A stretch of DNA of 64,000 bases from contig JAUWBF010000003.1 of NCBI GenBank assembly GCA_030601755.1, positions 31,899 to 95,898 on the forward strand, written 5' to 3'. Made by a program: the position numbers and the translations under genes. The notes under the pieces were generated by a model. It made no database searches and was not told the origin of the DNA. It saw nothing but the letters and a program-made list of their open reading frames with translations. Origin of the DNA: Verrucomicrobiota bacterium. Lineage in GTDB: Bacteria; Verrucomicrobiota; Verrucomicrobiia; Opitutales; Opitutaceae. Positions within the stretch are counted from its first letter, which is position 1, and the number at the start of each line of letters is the position of its first letter. Shown in pieces: positions 42,834 to 54,809 of the stretch.

Positions 42834-44213
42834 TTAGGCAGCGAGAGGGGGCTTGAGCAGAGTCGAGTTTCGGATATCGCCTTCGCCTTTGGTGTTGGAC
42901 GACATGGAGCCGTTGGCCAGCAGCAGGGCCATGGAGCCGTGCGGGGCGAGGTGGTGGAGCATGTGCTGCACCCAGGCGAAGTTGGCGTTGCTCTTGGGCG
43001 GCGTGCCGTAGGCCCAGCGCGGGTCGCCTTCCAGCCGGCCGTCCCACCATTCGCTGATGTTGAAGTGCGGATTGGCCATCAGTTGTCCTTTACTGCGCGC
43101 AGGACCCGCAAAATGCGATTTGTCGTTGGAGATCGCGCTTCCGCGCGGGGCGGTGTCGGCGTGGAGGTCGGGGTGCTGGTCGGAGAGGAAGGTGTCGGCG
43201 GGTTGTTTGCCGAAATTAAAGTCGATGCCGCGGATGGCCATGTTCATCGCGGCGAGGCGCCAGGTGGTGGGGTTGCTTTGTTTCGGCCTCGTGAAATTCG
43301 GCCTCCCCCTGCGGGCACGCTTGGCGCGACCAAACGGACGCCCGGTCCGTTTGCCCTGGCCGTAAACGGAGATCGCGCCGAGCCGGCCGCCGTGGGCCTC
43401 GATGAAGGCCTCGCTCTGGACGAAGAAGCCGCCGGAGCCCATGGCGGGGTCGTAAACCTTGCCGGAGTAGGGCTCGAGCATCTCGACGATGACGGAGACG
43501 ATGCTCTTGGGCGTGTAGTATTGGCCGCCCTTCTTGCCCTCGGCCAAGGCGAACTGGCCGAGGAAGTATTCGTAAACGTGGCCGAGGATGTCCTTGGCGT
43601 TGAGGCTGGCGTGGCGGAAGGGGATGGAGGAGACGACTTCGCTGATGAGGCCGACGAGCTTGGCGGGCTCGATCTGGAGCTGCATGTAGCGGTTTTTCTC
43701 GATGACGCCCTTTAGCCGGGGGTTTTCCTTTTCGACGGCTTCGAGGGCGTCGTCGATGAGGCGGGCGGCAGAGCGGAAGGTGTATCCCGCGCCGTCGGCG
43801 AGGGTGAGGGCGGTGTCGGGCGCGAGCGGGGCGCTGTCGCGGATGGTTTTCCAGCGGGCGAGAGGCGGGACCCAGAAGACGTTTTGCGCGGTGTAGTAGT
43901 CGCGGTCTTCGAGTTCGTCGGCGATGGCGGCGGCGTAGGCGGCGTCGGTCTTGTGGTCGGCGCGGTCGAGAAAGTAGTCGCTCTGCGGGTCGCGGAAGGC
44001 GGCTTCGAGCTCTTCGCGGCGGAGGTCGAAGGCGTCGGAGACGTATTTGAGGAAGATGAGGCCGAGGACGGCGTGCTTGTAGACGGCGGCGTCGAGATTG
44101 GAGCGGAGGCGGTCGGCGGCGTTCCAGAGCTTCTTGTCGAGGTCGGCGAGGAATTGCTGTTCCTCCTCGTTCGTGGTCGTGCGGGCGGGGGTCTGCGCTT
44201 TCGAATCAGCCAT
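42834..44213 (-). pseudogene. hsdM: type I R-M methyltransferase HsdM, C-terminally truncated, with two in-frame insertions and an altered motif IV
   Basis: N-terminus LWNAADRLRSNLDAAVYKHAVLGLIFLKYVSD, then GGQYYTPKSIV and DPAMGSGGFF. YGQ-[25 aa]-QSNPTTWRLAAMNMAIRG. HAD-[24 aa]-LMANPHFN (NPPF changed to NPHF). Ends ...GEGDIRNSTLLKPPLAA at the insertion junction. Confidence 0.7.
42871..42953. repeat. 83-bp direct repeat, copy B (inside hsdM)
   Basis: See 41604-41686. Confidence 0.85.
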
Positions 44214-44457
44214 GCGTAAAGCGTTTGTGAACAAGCGGACGCTCTTGGCAAGGGCGGAGGAGGGGACGGACTAAGTATGAAGTTTGAAGGAAGAAGGGGC
44301 GGACGAAGCGGCGGGAGGGCGGGGGAAAGTCGCAGGTCGAAGGTCTGAAGGTCGAAGGAGCGAGAGGTGGACTGAAGACCGAGGGACGGACGGAGGGCGA
44401 CGAGGGAACAAAGGCGGAGGCAGGCAGGATGCCTGCGCTACTTGGGGCGGTGTGCCT

Positions 44458-44555
44458 AGGTGGACGCGGACGTCCCCGGCCGCGTCGGTTTGGCGGTGGT
44501 TCGCGCGTTATGTGGGATGACGGGGCAGACGCGGCCCGGAGGTCCGCGTCCACCT
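44458..44555. repeat. long inverted repeat (about 28-bp arms, 41-nt loop)
   Basis: Left arm AGGTGGACGCGGACGTCCCCGGCCGCGTC (44458-44486). Right arm GACGCGGCCCGGAGGTCCGCGTCCACCT (44528-44555). A REP family 2 half-site, GGCAGGCAGGATGCCTGCGCTAC, lies at 44419-44441. Confidence 0.8.
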
Positions 44556-44720
44556 CGGGCAGGCATGTCGGATGTAAGGATCCGGGGGCGGGGTGAGGAG
44601 GTCGGGCTGGGGAGTCAACATCGGGGCGTAAAGCCCCTCCTACCGTTCGATCATCCGCGAACCTTCGTGGGATCCGCGGTGAAAAAATGTCCGTTCACCG
44701 GCGCGCCGCCCCGGCGCCCC

Positions 44721-46373
44721 TCAGCTGTCCGGCGAGAAGCGGGCGATGGCGGCGATCTGGTCGGCGATGTCGCGGTCGCCGCGGCAGCGGGGCATCTTGT
44801 TTTGACCGCCCCACTTGCCGGTCTCGCGCATCCAATGTTCGAATACACCGGGCATCACCAGGCGCACGACGGGCTCGGTGAGGCCGCCGCCCTTGCGCTT
44901 GGCCTCGTAGTCGTCGTTGAGGCGTTGCAGCTCGGCGTCGAGTTCGGCGGCGAGCACGGGACCGGTGGGCGTTTCGACCGAGAGGGGTTTGAGCTCGACC
45001 CACCATTCGTGGTGGCCGCGGCGGGCGCCGGCGATCGCGTTGACGAAGACGGGGGCGACGTGGAAGTTGACGACCTTCCACTTGTGGCGCTGGCAGACGA
45101 TGGTGAGCGCGTCGGTGAGTTCCTTCTCGATGACGTGCTCGCCGAAGGCGCTGAGCTGGAGCTTGGTGCGGCCGGCGTAGACGAGACGGGGCACGTCGGT
45201 GGAAACGAAGCGCACGATGTCGCCGATGATGTAGCGGCAGAGGCCGGCGGGCGTGCTCATGACGAGGGCGTAGTCGACGCCGGGCTTGACGCCGGCGAGG
45301 GGCACGGCGCGGGCGCCGAGCAGGCCGAGGCGGTCCTCATGGTAGTCGTCCATGGGGAGAAACTCGTAGTGAATGCCGGCGTCGCACATGAGGCGTAGGC
45401 CGAGCGCGGAGTCGGCGTCTTGCGCGGCGATGAAGCCTTCGGAGGCGGGGTAAACCTCGTGGAAGTTGACGGTGGGCCCGCAGACGGCGCGCAGTTCGTC
45501 GGCGAAGGGGGCGATGGGCACGCCGCCGTGGATGAGGCACTCGAAGTTGGGCCAGAGGGCCTGGAGGTTGACCGGGCGGTGTTTTCCCTTGGCGCCGGCC
45601 TTTAGCAACTCCTCGGCGAGGATGAGGATCCAACTGGGGATGCCGGCGAGCAGGGTGATGTCGCGCCGCAGGGTGCGTTGCACGATGGCCGCGATCTTGG
45701 CGGGCCAGTCGGTCATCTGGGCGATGTCGGAGCCGGGTTCGTAGATGTGTTTCTCGATCCAGTCGGGGAGGTTGAGGGCGGTGATGCCGCTGAGGTCGCC
45801 GGCGTAGCTCTGGTGGCCGTCGGGCGAGGGGGCCATGGGGGTGAGCGAGGTGGCGCCGCCGAGGAAGAGGTGTTTGCCGTGGAAGACGCCGGTGTGGCCG
45901 ACGCGGGCGGTGTAGTAGAGGAGGGAGTCGAGGCCGGCCTTGCGGAAGTGCTCCAGCATGGCGTCGGTGATGGGCAGGTATTTGGTGCGGCCGGCGGTGG
46001 TGCCGGACGAGACCGCGTAGAAGTTGCAACGACCGGGCCAGAGCACGTTGGCCTCGCCGGTCTTCATGCGCTCGATCCAGGGGATGTAGCCTTCGTAGGC
46101 GCGCAGGGGCACGCGTTCGCGGAACTTTTCGTAGGGCAGGTTTTTCTCAAGGCCGTTCTCGCGGCCGAAGGCGGTGTCCTGCTGGGCGGCGAGCAGGGTC
46201 TTCAGCTGCTTGTGCTGGGCGGCGTGGTCCGAGGAGCCGTTGCGCAGTCGCCGGGCGGTGCGGGTGGTGAGGAAACTCGCTCCCAGGGTGACCAGACTTT
46301 TCGGCGGCGTCAGCATCTTGCGTGGACGCTGAACAGGCAGCAACCCGACTGGCGGTGCGGCAAGTGAATTCAT
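44721..46373 (-). CDS. GH3 (auxin-responsive promoter) family acyl-adenylate-forming enzyme-like protein
   Basis: 550 aa: ...FRERVPLRAYEGYIPWIERM..GE.NVLWPG...FYAVSSGTTAGRTKYLPIT... Its ATG overlaps the stop of the upstream hydrolase gene (ATGA at 46370-46373). Confidence 0.8.
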   Translation of the reverse strand: MNSLAAPPVGLLPVQRPRKMLTPPKSLVTLGASFLTTRTARRLRNGSSDHAAQHKQLKTLLAAQQDTAFGRENGLEKNLPYEKFRERVPLRAYEGYIPWIERMKTGEANVLWPGRCNFYAVSSGTTAGRTKYLPITDAMLEHFRKAGLDSLLYYTARVGHTGVFHGKHLFLGGATSLTPMAPSPDGHQSYAGDLSGITALNLPDWIEKHIYEPGSDIAQMTDWPAKIAAIVQRTLRRDITLLAGIPSWILILAEELLKAGAKGKHRPVNLQALWPNFECLIHGGVPIAPFADELRAVCGPTVNFHEVYPASEGFIAAQDADSALGLRLMCDAGIHYEFLPMDDYHEDRLGLLGARAVPLAGVKPGVDYALVMSTPAGLCRYIIGDIVRFVSTDVPRLVYAGRTKLQLSAFGEHVIEKELTDALTIVCQRHKWKVVNFHVAPVFVNAIAGARRGHHEWWVELKPLSVETPTGPVLAAELDAELQRLNDDYEAKRKGGGLTEPVVRLVMPGVFEHWMRETGKWGGQNKMPRCRGDRDIADQIAAIARFSPDS

Positions 46374-47467
46374 GCGACTTGCAATAACTTACGACCCTTT
46401 AACCGCGCATAGAACGCCATGATGGGCGCGCGGAAATCGAAGTAGTGGAAAATGAGCGAGGCGTGCTGCACGGGGTCGCCCCGGGCGTTGGTCACGGTGA
46501 GCACCCGGCTGTCGGGGAAGAGGGCGCGGTGGGCGTTGGTGAGCACGAAGCGGCCGGGCGCGGCGGCCTGCAGCACGGCGTTCTCCTTCTCGGCGTAGAG
46601 GATGAGCACGGGAGCCTCGCACAGGGGCAGGTGGTCGCCGGCGAGCGCCGCGGTCGGCGCGGGCAGGTGGCGGAGCGCGCGGATGCGGGCGGCGGCACCG
46701 GTCTGGTCGATGCCGTTGATGGTGCCGATGACGGCGTCGCGCAGGCGCAGCAGCTCGGCGCGGGTCATGAGGGTGGCGAGGGCGGCCTTGTTCTGCGCGC
46801 CGGCCTCGAACATGCGCACAAAGATCGAGCGGGCCTTCTCGATGTGGGCGGGGTTGAACCCGTCGCCCTCGTCGGCCAGGAACGGCTGGATGGCGCGCCC
46901 GAGCAGGGTGGTGGGCTTGGCCGAGCCGGGCGCGACGAGGTCGTCGGCGCAGGTGACGGGACTGACCAACACGAGTCCGGCGACGGGCGCGGTCCGCCCG
47001 GCGGCGCGGGCACGGCGCAGCCATTCGATGGCGAGGCCGGCGCCAAAGCTGACCGCGAGCACCACCGGCGGCGTGCCGGCGCGCAGGGCGAGGTCGTGCA
47101 CGAGTTCGTCGAGCTGGGCGCAGAGCCGGTCGATGTCGAAGCCGGACTTGGGGTAGTTGAAGTAGTGCACGCTGCCGTGCCGCAGGAGGTCGCCGCGCAG
47201 CAAAAACACCTGCTCGGGCGCGTCCGGCACGAAGCCGCCCAGCACGATGGTGGGCCGGTCGCCCGGGCGCGGCTCGTGCAACAGCGTGGCGAGGTGCGCG
47301 TCGCCGTCGGCGGACGCCGCGCGGCCGGCCGTCACGTAGGGCAGGGGACGCGGCGGGCGGAGCTTGTAACCGGTGGTGCGCAGCCAGGTGCGCAACGGGC
47401 GCGTGGCCGGCACGCGACCGAAGGCGGCCAGGACGGAGAGGGCGGGGGCGATGCTGAGCGCGGGCAT
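46370..47467 (-). CDS. alpha/beta hydrolase fold protein
   Basis: 365 aa: TIVLGGFVP...VVLAVSFGAGLAIEW (GxSxG-like)...LVLVSP. Confidence 0.6.
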   Translation of the reverse strand: MPALSIAPALSVLAAFGRVPATRPLRTWLRTTGYKLRPPRPLPYVTAGRAASADGDAHLATLLHEPRPGDRPTIVLGGFVPDAPEQVFLLRGDLLRHGSVHYFNYPKSGFDIDRLCAQLDELVHDLALRAGTPPVVLAVSFGAGLAIEWLRRARAAGRTAPVAGLVLVSPVTCADDLVAPGSAKPTTLLGRAIQPFLADEGDGFNPAHIEKARSIFVRMFEAGAQNKAALATLMTRAELLRLRDAVIGTINGIDQTGAAARIRALRHLPAPTAALAGDHLPLCEAPVLILYAEKENAVLQAAAPGRFVLTNAHRALFPDSRVLTVTNARGDPVQHASLIFHYFDFRAPIMAFYARLKGRKLLQVA

Positions 47468-47626
47468 GGAGGGTTGGATCAGCGGTCATGAGCGGGCGGT
47501 TCCGCGCGGCAAAGTCCAAACCGGCGGCGTTGCCCAAACTTCACCCAACCGACGCCGTTCCGTAACGCGGTGGCGGACGCGACCGGGCTTGCGGCGTCGG
47601 CGGGGCGTTGGCTGCATGGCGGGCGC

Positions 47627-48403
47627 ATGGAGTTTCCCCCGATCCTTTTTGATGACGCGACGACGCTGGTGTTCGACAAGCCCGCGGGCCTGCCGGTGGC
47701 CCCGACCCGGGCCGGCGAGCCGAGTCTCAACGCGCTCGTGCAGGAACGGTTTGGCCGCGAGGTGAAGCCCGCCCACCGGCTCGATCCCGAGGTCGGCGGG
47801 CCGGTCGTCTATGCCCGGACCAAGCCCGCGCTGGATTTTCTCAGCGGGCAGTTTCAATCGAAGACGGTGGAGGTCGTCTGGCAGGCGCTGGTGGTGGTGG
47901 CGTCCGCCGAGGAGGCCGCGCGGCCCGACTGGGTGGTGCGCGACCCGCAGGGCCTGCCGCCCGCGGAGTGCGTGCTCGACTGGCCGCTCATGGAGGACGC
48001 GCTCAAGCCCGGCCTCTGGCGAATCGGCCGCCGACAGGAGGCGCGCGCCACCGCCACCGCCGTGCGCCGGCTGGAGTTGTTCGGCCGGTTCGCGTTGCTC
48101 GAATGCGTCGCCCCGACCGCGCCGCTGCACCAGGTGCGCGTGCACCTCCAGACCGCCGGCCTGCCCGTGCTTAACGACGCCCATTACGGCCTGCCCGGCG
48201 TCGAGCTGCGCCTCTCCAGCCTGAAGCGCGGTTACAAGGGCCGCGCCGACGAACGTCCTCTCGTGCGCGACCTCGCGCTGCACGCGGTGCGCCTGACCTT
48301 CCGCCATCCGGACACCCGCGAGCCGATGGCCGTGGAGTCGGCGCCGCCTAAGGAGTTCGCCGTGGCGCTCAAGAACCTCGCCAAGTTCTGTGCGCGGGCG
48401 TGA
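47627..48403 (+). CDS. RluA family pseudouridine synthase
   Basis: MEFPPILFDDATTLVFDKPAGLPV...KPAHRLDPEVGGPVVYARTK...HQVRVHL. ATG at 47627, within ORF 47570..48403. Confidence 0.8.
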   Translation: MEFPPILFDDATTLVFDKPAGLPVAPTRAGEPSLNALVQERFGREVKPAHRLDPEVGGPVVYARTKPALDFLSGQFQSKTVEVVWQALVVVASAEEAARPDWVVRDPQGLPPAECVLDWPLMEDALKPGLWRIGRRQEARATATAVRRLELFGRFALLECVAPTAPLHQVRVHLQTAGLPVLNDAHYGLPGVELRLSSLKRGYKGRADERPLVRDLALHAVRLTFRHPDTREPMAVESAPPKEFAVALKNLAKFCARA

Positions 48404-48426
48404 GCGCCACGAGGCAGCCCCCGCCG

Positions 48427-48529
48427 GTAGGGGCCGAGCTTGCTCGGCCCGTCGGACGCCACCCGCTAGAAACGGGAGTATCGCCGGCTCGTGCGTGCAA
48501 ACGGGCCTCGCAAGCGAAGCCCCTACGGG
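48427..48529. repeat. REP family 3 inverted pair (GTAGGGGCCGAGCTTGCTCGGCCCGT / ACGGGCCTCGCAAGCGAAGCCCCTAC)
   Basis: Arms at 48427-48458 and 48498-48529. Confidence 0.8.
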
Positions 48530-48606
48530 CCCCGTCGTTTATGCGCCTCCCGGTGCGTTCGCGGCTTGAGCCGGCGGGCCCGCGGGTCCAGCCTGCGGGC
48601 AATCGG

Positions 48607-50280
48607 ATGCACGCCGCGATGAAACCCGGAGCGTCAGTTTGGCAGCGAGCCGGCAGGATTGTCCTGTTGTGGTGCGGGTTGTTGTCGTCGCTCGCCGCCG
48701 CCGAGGAACTCCCGCTGACCGGACCCGAGCGGGCGTGGGTCAAGGCGCACCCGGTGGTGAAGTTCGGCTTCGACCCGAACTGGCTGCCCTTCAGCTACGT
48801 CGACGAGGCGGGTGACTTCGCGGGCATCGACGCGCAGTTCCTCGGGCTTCTCTCGGAGCGCACCGGGCTGACCTTCGAGGCGGTGCACGCTGAAAACTGG
48901 AATGAGGCCTACGAGCTCGCGCGCTCGGGCGGGGTAGACTTTCTTGTCAGCACGGCCGAGGACGTCTCGCGCACGCCGTATTTCAACTTTACCCGCGCCT
49001 ACCTCGACTTTCCCGTCGCCGTCATCGGGCGCGTCAACACCCCGGCCGTCACCTCCATGGACGGCCTGCACGAGCACGTGGTGGCCTCGCCGCGCGGCCA
49101 CGTGGCCACGCTCGCCCTCGCCCGCGACTATCCCGACCTCCGTATTCTGCAAATGGATACGATCGACGACGCCTTCCTCGCCGTCGCGCGCGGTGACGCG
49201 GACGTGGTGGTGGTCAACATCGCCTCGGCCAACTACCTCATCGGCAAGCTCGGCCTCGGCAACCTGCGCGTCGTGGGCACCCTGCCCAACGTCTTCCAGC
49301 TGCGCTATGCGGTGCGCCGCGACCGGCCCGAGCTGCACGCGATCCTCGACAAGGGCGTCGCCTCGATCTCCCGCGCCGAGCGGCAGCGCATCGTCGCGCC
49401 GTGGCTCAAGTTCGACTTTGTCGAGATCGTGCGCTGGGACCGCGTGCGCCGCTGGGCCGGCGGACTGCTGCTCGTGGCGACGTGCGCGGTCGGCTTCTTC
49501 GTCTGGCACAACCGCAGCCTGCGCCGCGAGCTCGAGGAACGCCTGCGCGTGCAACGCGAACTCGAGCGCGCGCACGACCGCCTCCAGGCGCTCAACGAGG
49601 AGAAGGCCGGCCTCATGCGCATGGCCGCGCACGACCTGCGCGGACCGCTCGGCGGCCTGTTGCTCAACCTCGACCTGTTGCGCATGGAGAACGTGACCGC
49701 GGAGGGCGCCCAGGCGCTCGACCGCATGATGCTGCTCTCGCACCAGATGATCCACATGGTGCGCAACCTCCTCGACGTGGAGGCGCTGGAGAACGGCAGC
49801 CGCAACTTCCGCCCCGAGCCGATCGACTTCGTCGCGGCCGTGAGCGAGTCGCTGGCCACCGCCACCGTGGTGGCCGGTCGCAAGGGCATCGCCGTCGACT
49901 TCGATCCGGCGCCCGGCCTGCCGCCGGTCATGGCCGACCGCTCGGCGCTGCGGCAGGTGACCGACAACCTGTTGTCCAACGCGATCAAATACTCCCCGAC
50001 GGGCACGACGGTGACGGTGCGCCTGGCCCGCGCGCCGGAGCATCGCCTGCGGCTGACGGTCGCCGACCAAGGGCCGGGCGTGAGCGCCGAGGATATGCCG
50101 AGGTTGTTTCAACGCTACGTCTGCCTCTCGGCGCGGCCGACGGGTGGCGAGTTGTCCACCGGCCTTGGTCTCTCCATCGTGCGCGAGCTGGTCGAGCGCA
50201 TGGAGGGTCGCGTGTGGTGCGAGAGCACGCCGGGCGAGGGCGCGTCGTTCCTGGTCGACCTGCCCGAGTCGCGCGTGTGA
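48607..50280 (+). CDS. sensor histidine kinase with periplasmic solute-binding (SBP_bac_3-like) domain
   Basis: Signal peptide, then VKFGFDPNWLPFSYVDEAGDFAGIDAQFLGLLSERTGL, a TM helix, a coiled coil, the H-box MAAHDLRGPL, and an HATPase domain (NAIKYSP...DQGPGV...GLGLSIV). The start could be ATG 48607 or 48619. Confidence 0.85.
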   Translation: MHAAMKPGASVWQRAGRIVLLWCGLLSSLAAAEELPLTGPERAWVKAHPVVKFGFDPNWLPFSYVDEAGDFAGIDAQFLGLLSERTGLTFEAVHAENWNEAYELARSGGVDFLVSTAEDVSRTPYFNFTRAYLDFPVAVIGRVNTPAVTSMDGLHEHVVASPRGHVATLALARDYPDLRILQMDTIDDAFLAVARGDADVVVVNIASANYLIGKLGLGNLRVVGTLPNVFQLRYAVRRDRPELHAILDKGVASISRAERQRIVAPWLKFDFVEIVRWDRVRRWAGGLLLVATCAVGFFVWHNRSLRRELEERLRVQRELERAHDRLQALNEEKAGLMRMAAHDLRGPLGGLLLNLDLLRMENVTAEGAQALDRMMLLSHQMIHMVRNLLDVEALENGSRNFRPEPIDFVAAVSESLATATVVAGRKGIAVDFDPAPGLPPVMADRSALRQVTDNLLSNAIKYSPTGTTVTVRLARAPEHRLRLTVADQGPGVSAEDMPRLFQRYVCLSARPTGGELSTGLGLSIVRELVERMEGRVWCESTPGEGASFLVDLPESRV

Positions 50281-50291
50281 CTTCGCGAAAA

Positions 50292-50427
50292 GTTGCGCAG
50301 GCATCCTGACTGCCTTCGTAGGGGCCACGCTCGCGAGGCCCGTTGGACGAAGGATCGTGAGTGAACGGTCTTTTCTCGTGTGCGCACAACGGGCCTCGCG
50401 AGCGAGACTCCTACGGGACTGCGCTAC
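50292..50427. repeat. composite palindromic element: REP family 2 outer ends with REP family 3 inner arms
   Basis: GTTGCGCAGGCATCCTGACTGCC (50292-50314), GTAGGGGCCACGCTCGCGAGGCCCGTTGGACG (50318-50349), CAACGGGCCTCGCGAGCGAGACTCCTACGGG (50387-50417), then ACTGCGCTAC. Confidence 0.75.
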
Positions 50428-50449
50428 GCGTCTTCAATCGGTCGCGCGT

Positions 50450-51199
50450 TCACAGCTTGGCGAGCACTTGACGGGCGCGGGCCTTGGCCTGGTCGTCGTG
50501 CTTGGCGCGCGAGGGTTGGGCGAGTCCGCTTTCGATCATCTTGCGGGCGGCGGCTTGGTCGCCCGCGCCGGCGAGGGCGATGCCCAACTCCAGGCGGTGG
50601 ACGAGGACGTCGGGCTCGAGTTCCACGGCGCGGCGCAGGTGCCGCACGGCGTCCGCGTGCGACGCGTCGGGCAGGCCACCGTAGACGAGGCGGACCAGCC
50701 AGCGCGCGACTGTGCCGAGCGAGGAGACCTCGTGATGCCAGCGTCCGAGCACGTGGTGGGCGAACGCGTAGTCGGGGTCCAGCGCGAGGGCGCGCTCGGC
50801 GTATTCCTTCACCAGGCGCGAGCGTCGGACCTTGTCGGAGGTGTCGCCATAGGCGCCGAGCGTGCCGTGGCAGATGGCCAGCGAGAGCACGTTGACGGGA
50901 TCGTCCGGCTCGAGTTCCACGGCGCGGCCGGCGTAGTCGAGGGCGAGGGTGGCGAGGCGACGTTTCTCGGCGGTGTCGGGCGTGTCGACGACCGAGTCGG
51001 AGTAGTGGCGGGCGATTTTTTGCAGCACGTCCGGGTCGTCCGGCCGAATTTGCCCAACCTCGCGGTAGAGACGCAGGGCCTCTGCGGTGTCGAGCCGCTC
51101 CTCGGCGGCGCGGGCCTCGCCCAGGAGCGCCTCGACGTCGGGCGTGGCGCCGCCCAACCAGAGCGTCGGGAAAAGCCAGAGCATCAGCAGATACCTCAT
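50450..51199 (-). CDS. secreted TPR-like repeat protein
   Basis: 249 aa. Signal-like MRYLLMLWLFPTLWLGG, then helical repeats (...ALRLYREV...; ...YAERALALDPDYAFAHHVLG...; ...RRAVELEPD...). Confidence 0.6.
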   Translation of the reverse strand: MRYLLMLWLFPTLWLGGATPDVEALLGEARAAEERLDTAEALRLYREVGQIRPDDPDVLQKIARHYSDSVVDTPDTAEKRRLATLALDYAGRAVELEPDDPVNVLSLAICHGTLGAYGDTSDKVRRSRLVKEYAERALALDPDYAFAHHVLGRWHHEVSSLGTVARWLVRLVYGGLPDASHADAVRHLRRAVELEPDVLVHRLELGIALAGAGDQAAARKMIESGLAQPSRAKHDDQAKARARQVLAKL

Positions 51200-51329
51200 G
51201 CCCCATGCTACGCGGCGGGAGGCGTCGCGGTTGCGGGGCGGCGTGTTTTTGCGCGGCCGCGGAACTTGGCATGGGCGATGCTAAATTAAGTTCCGACAGC
51301 AAACACTTCCCTGTTCGCAGGGTATATAG

Positions 51330-51415
51330 GGGTAACATGGATGGTCCGGTCGTTGACCGGACCAAGAAAAAAAGAGGCCCGCCGTTTAGGGGTAATCGGC
51401 GGGCCTCGTCTTTTT
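51330..51415 (+). ncRNA. candidate small RNA (promoter-like TATATA, two hairpins, intrinsic terminator)
   Basis: TATATA at 51323-51328. Hairpin GGTCCGGTC-GTT-GACCGGACC (51343-51363). A-run. GAGGCCCGCCG-12 nt-CGGCGGGCCTC (51374-51407), then GTCTTTTT. TAGGGGTAA occurs twice. No credible CDS. Confidence 0.3.
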
Positions 51416-51635
51416 CCCCGTCAAGCGACGTCGCCCGGCGTGATCCGACTGGTTGCACCGCGATGCCGCGCCTGCAACGAGCGATCTCAAGAGCGGCCGG
51501 TCGCGGTGCATCGGGTTTTTTCGGGCCGATTTGCGAAATTTTCGCATCATCGCCGGTTGCCTCCGGCGGTCGGGATATTCAAGGTGCGTGCGCCTCGCCG
51601 GCCAAGGCGTTTCCTTTCCTTCACCATTCGCGGTT

Positions 51636-54773
<3,138 letters not shown>

Positions 54774-54809
54774 CGGGTAGCGGTTGCTTGCGGAGCCTTG
54801 GGCACCGGG

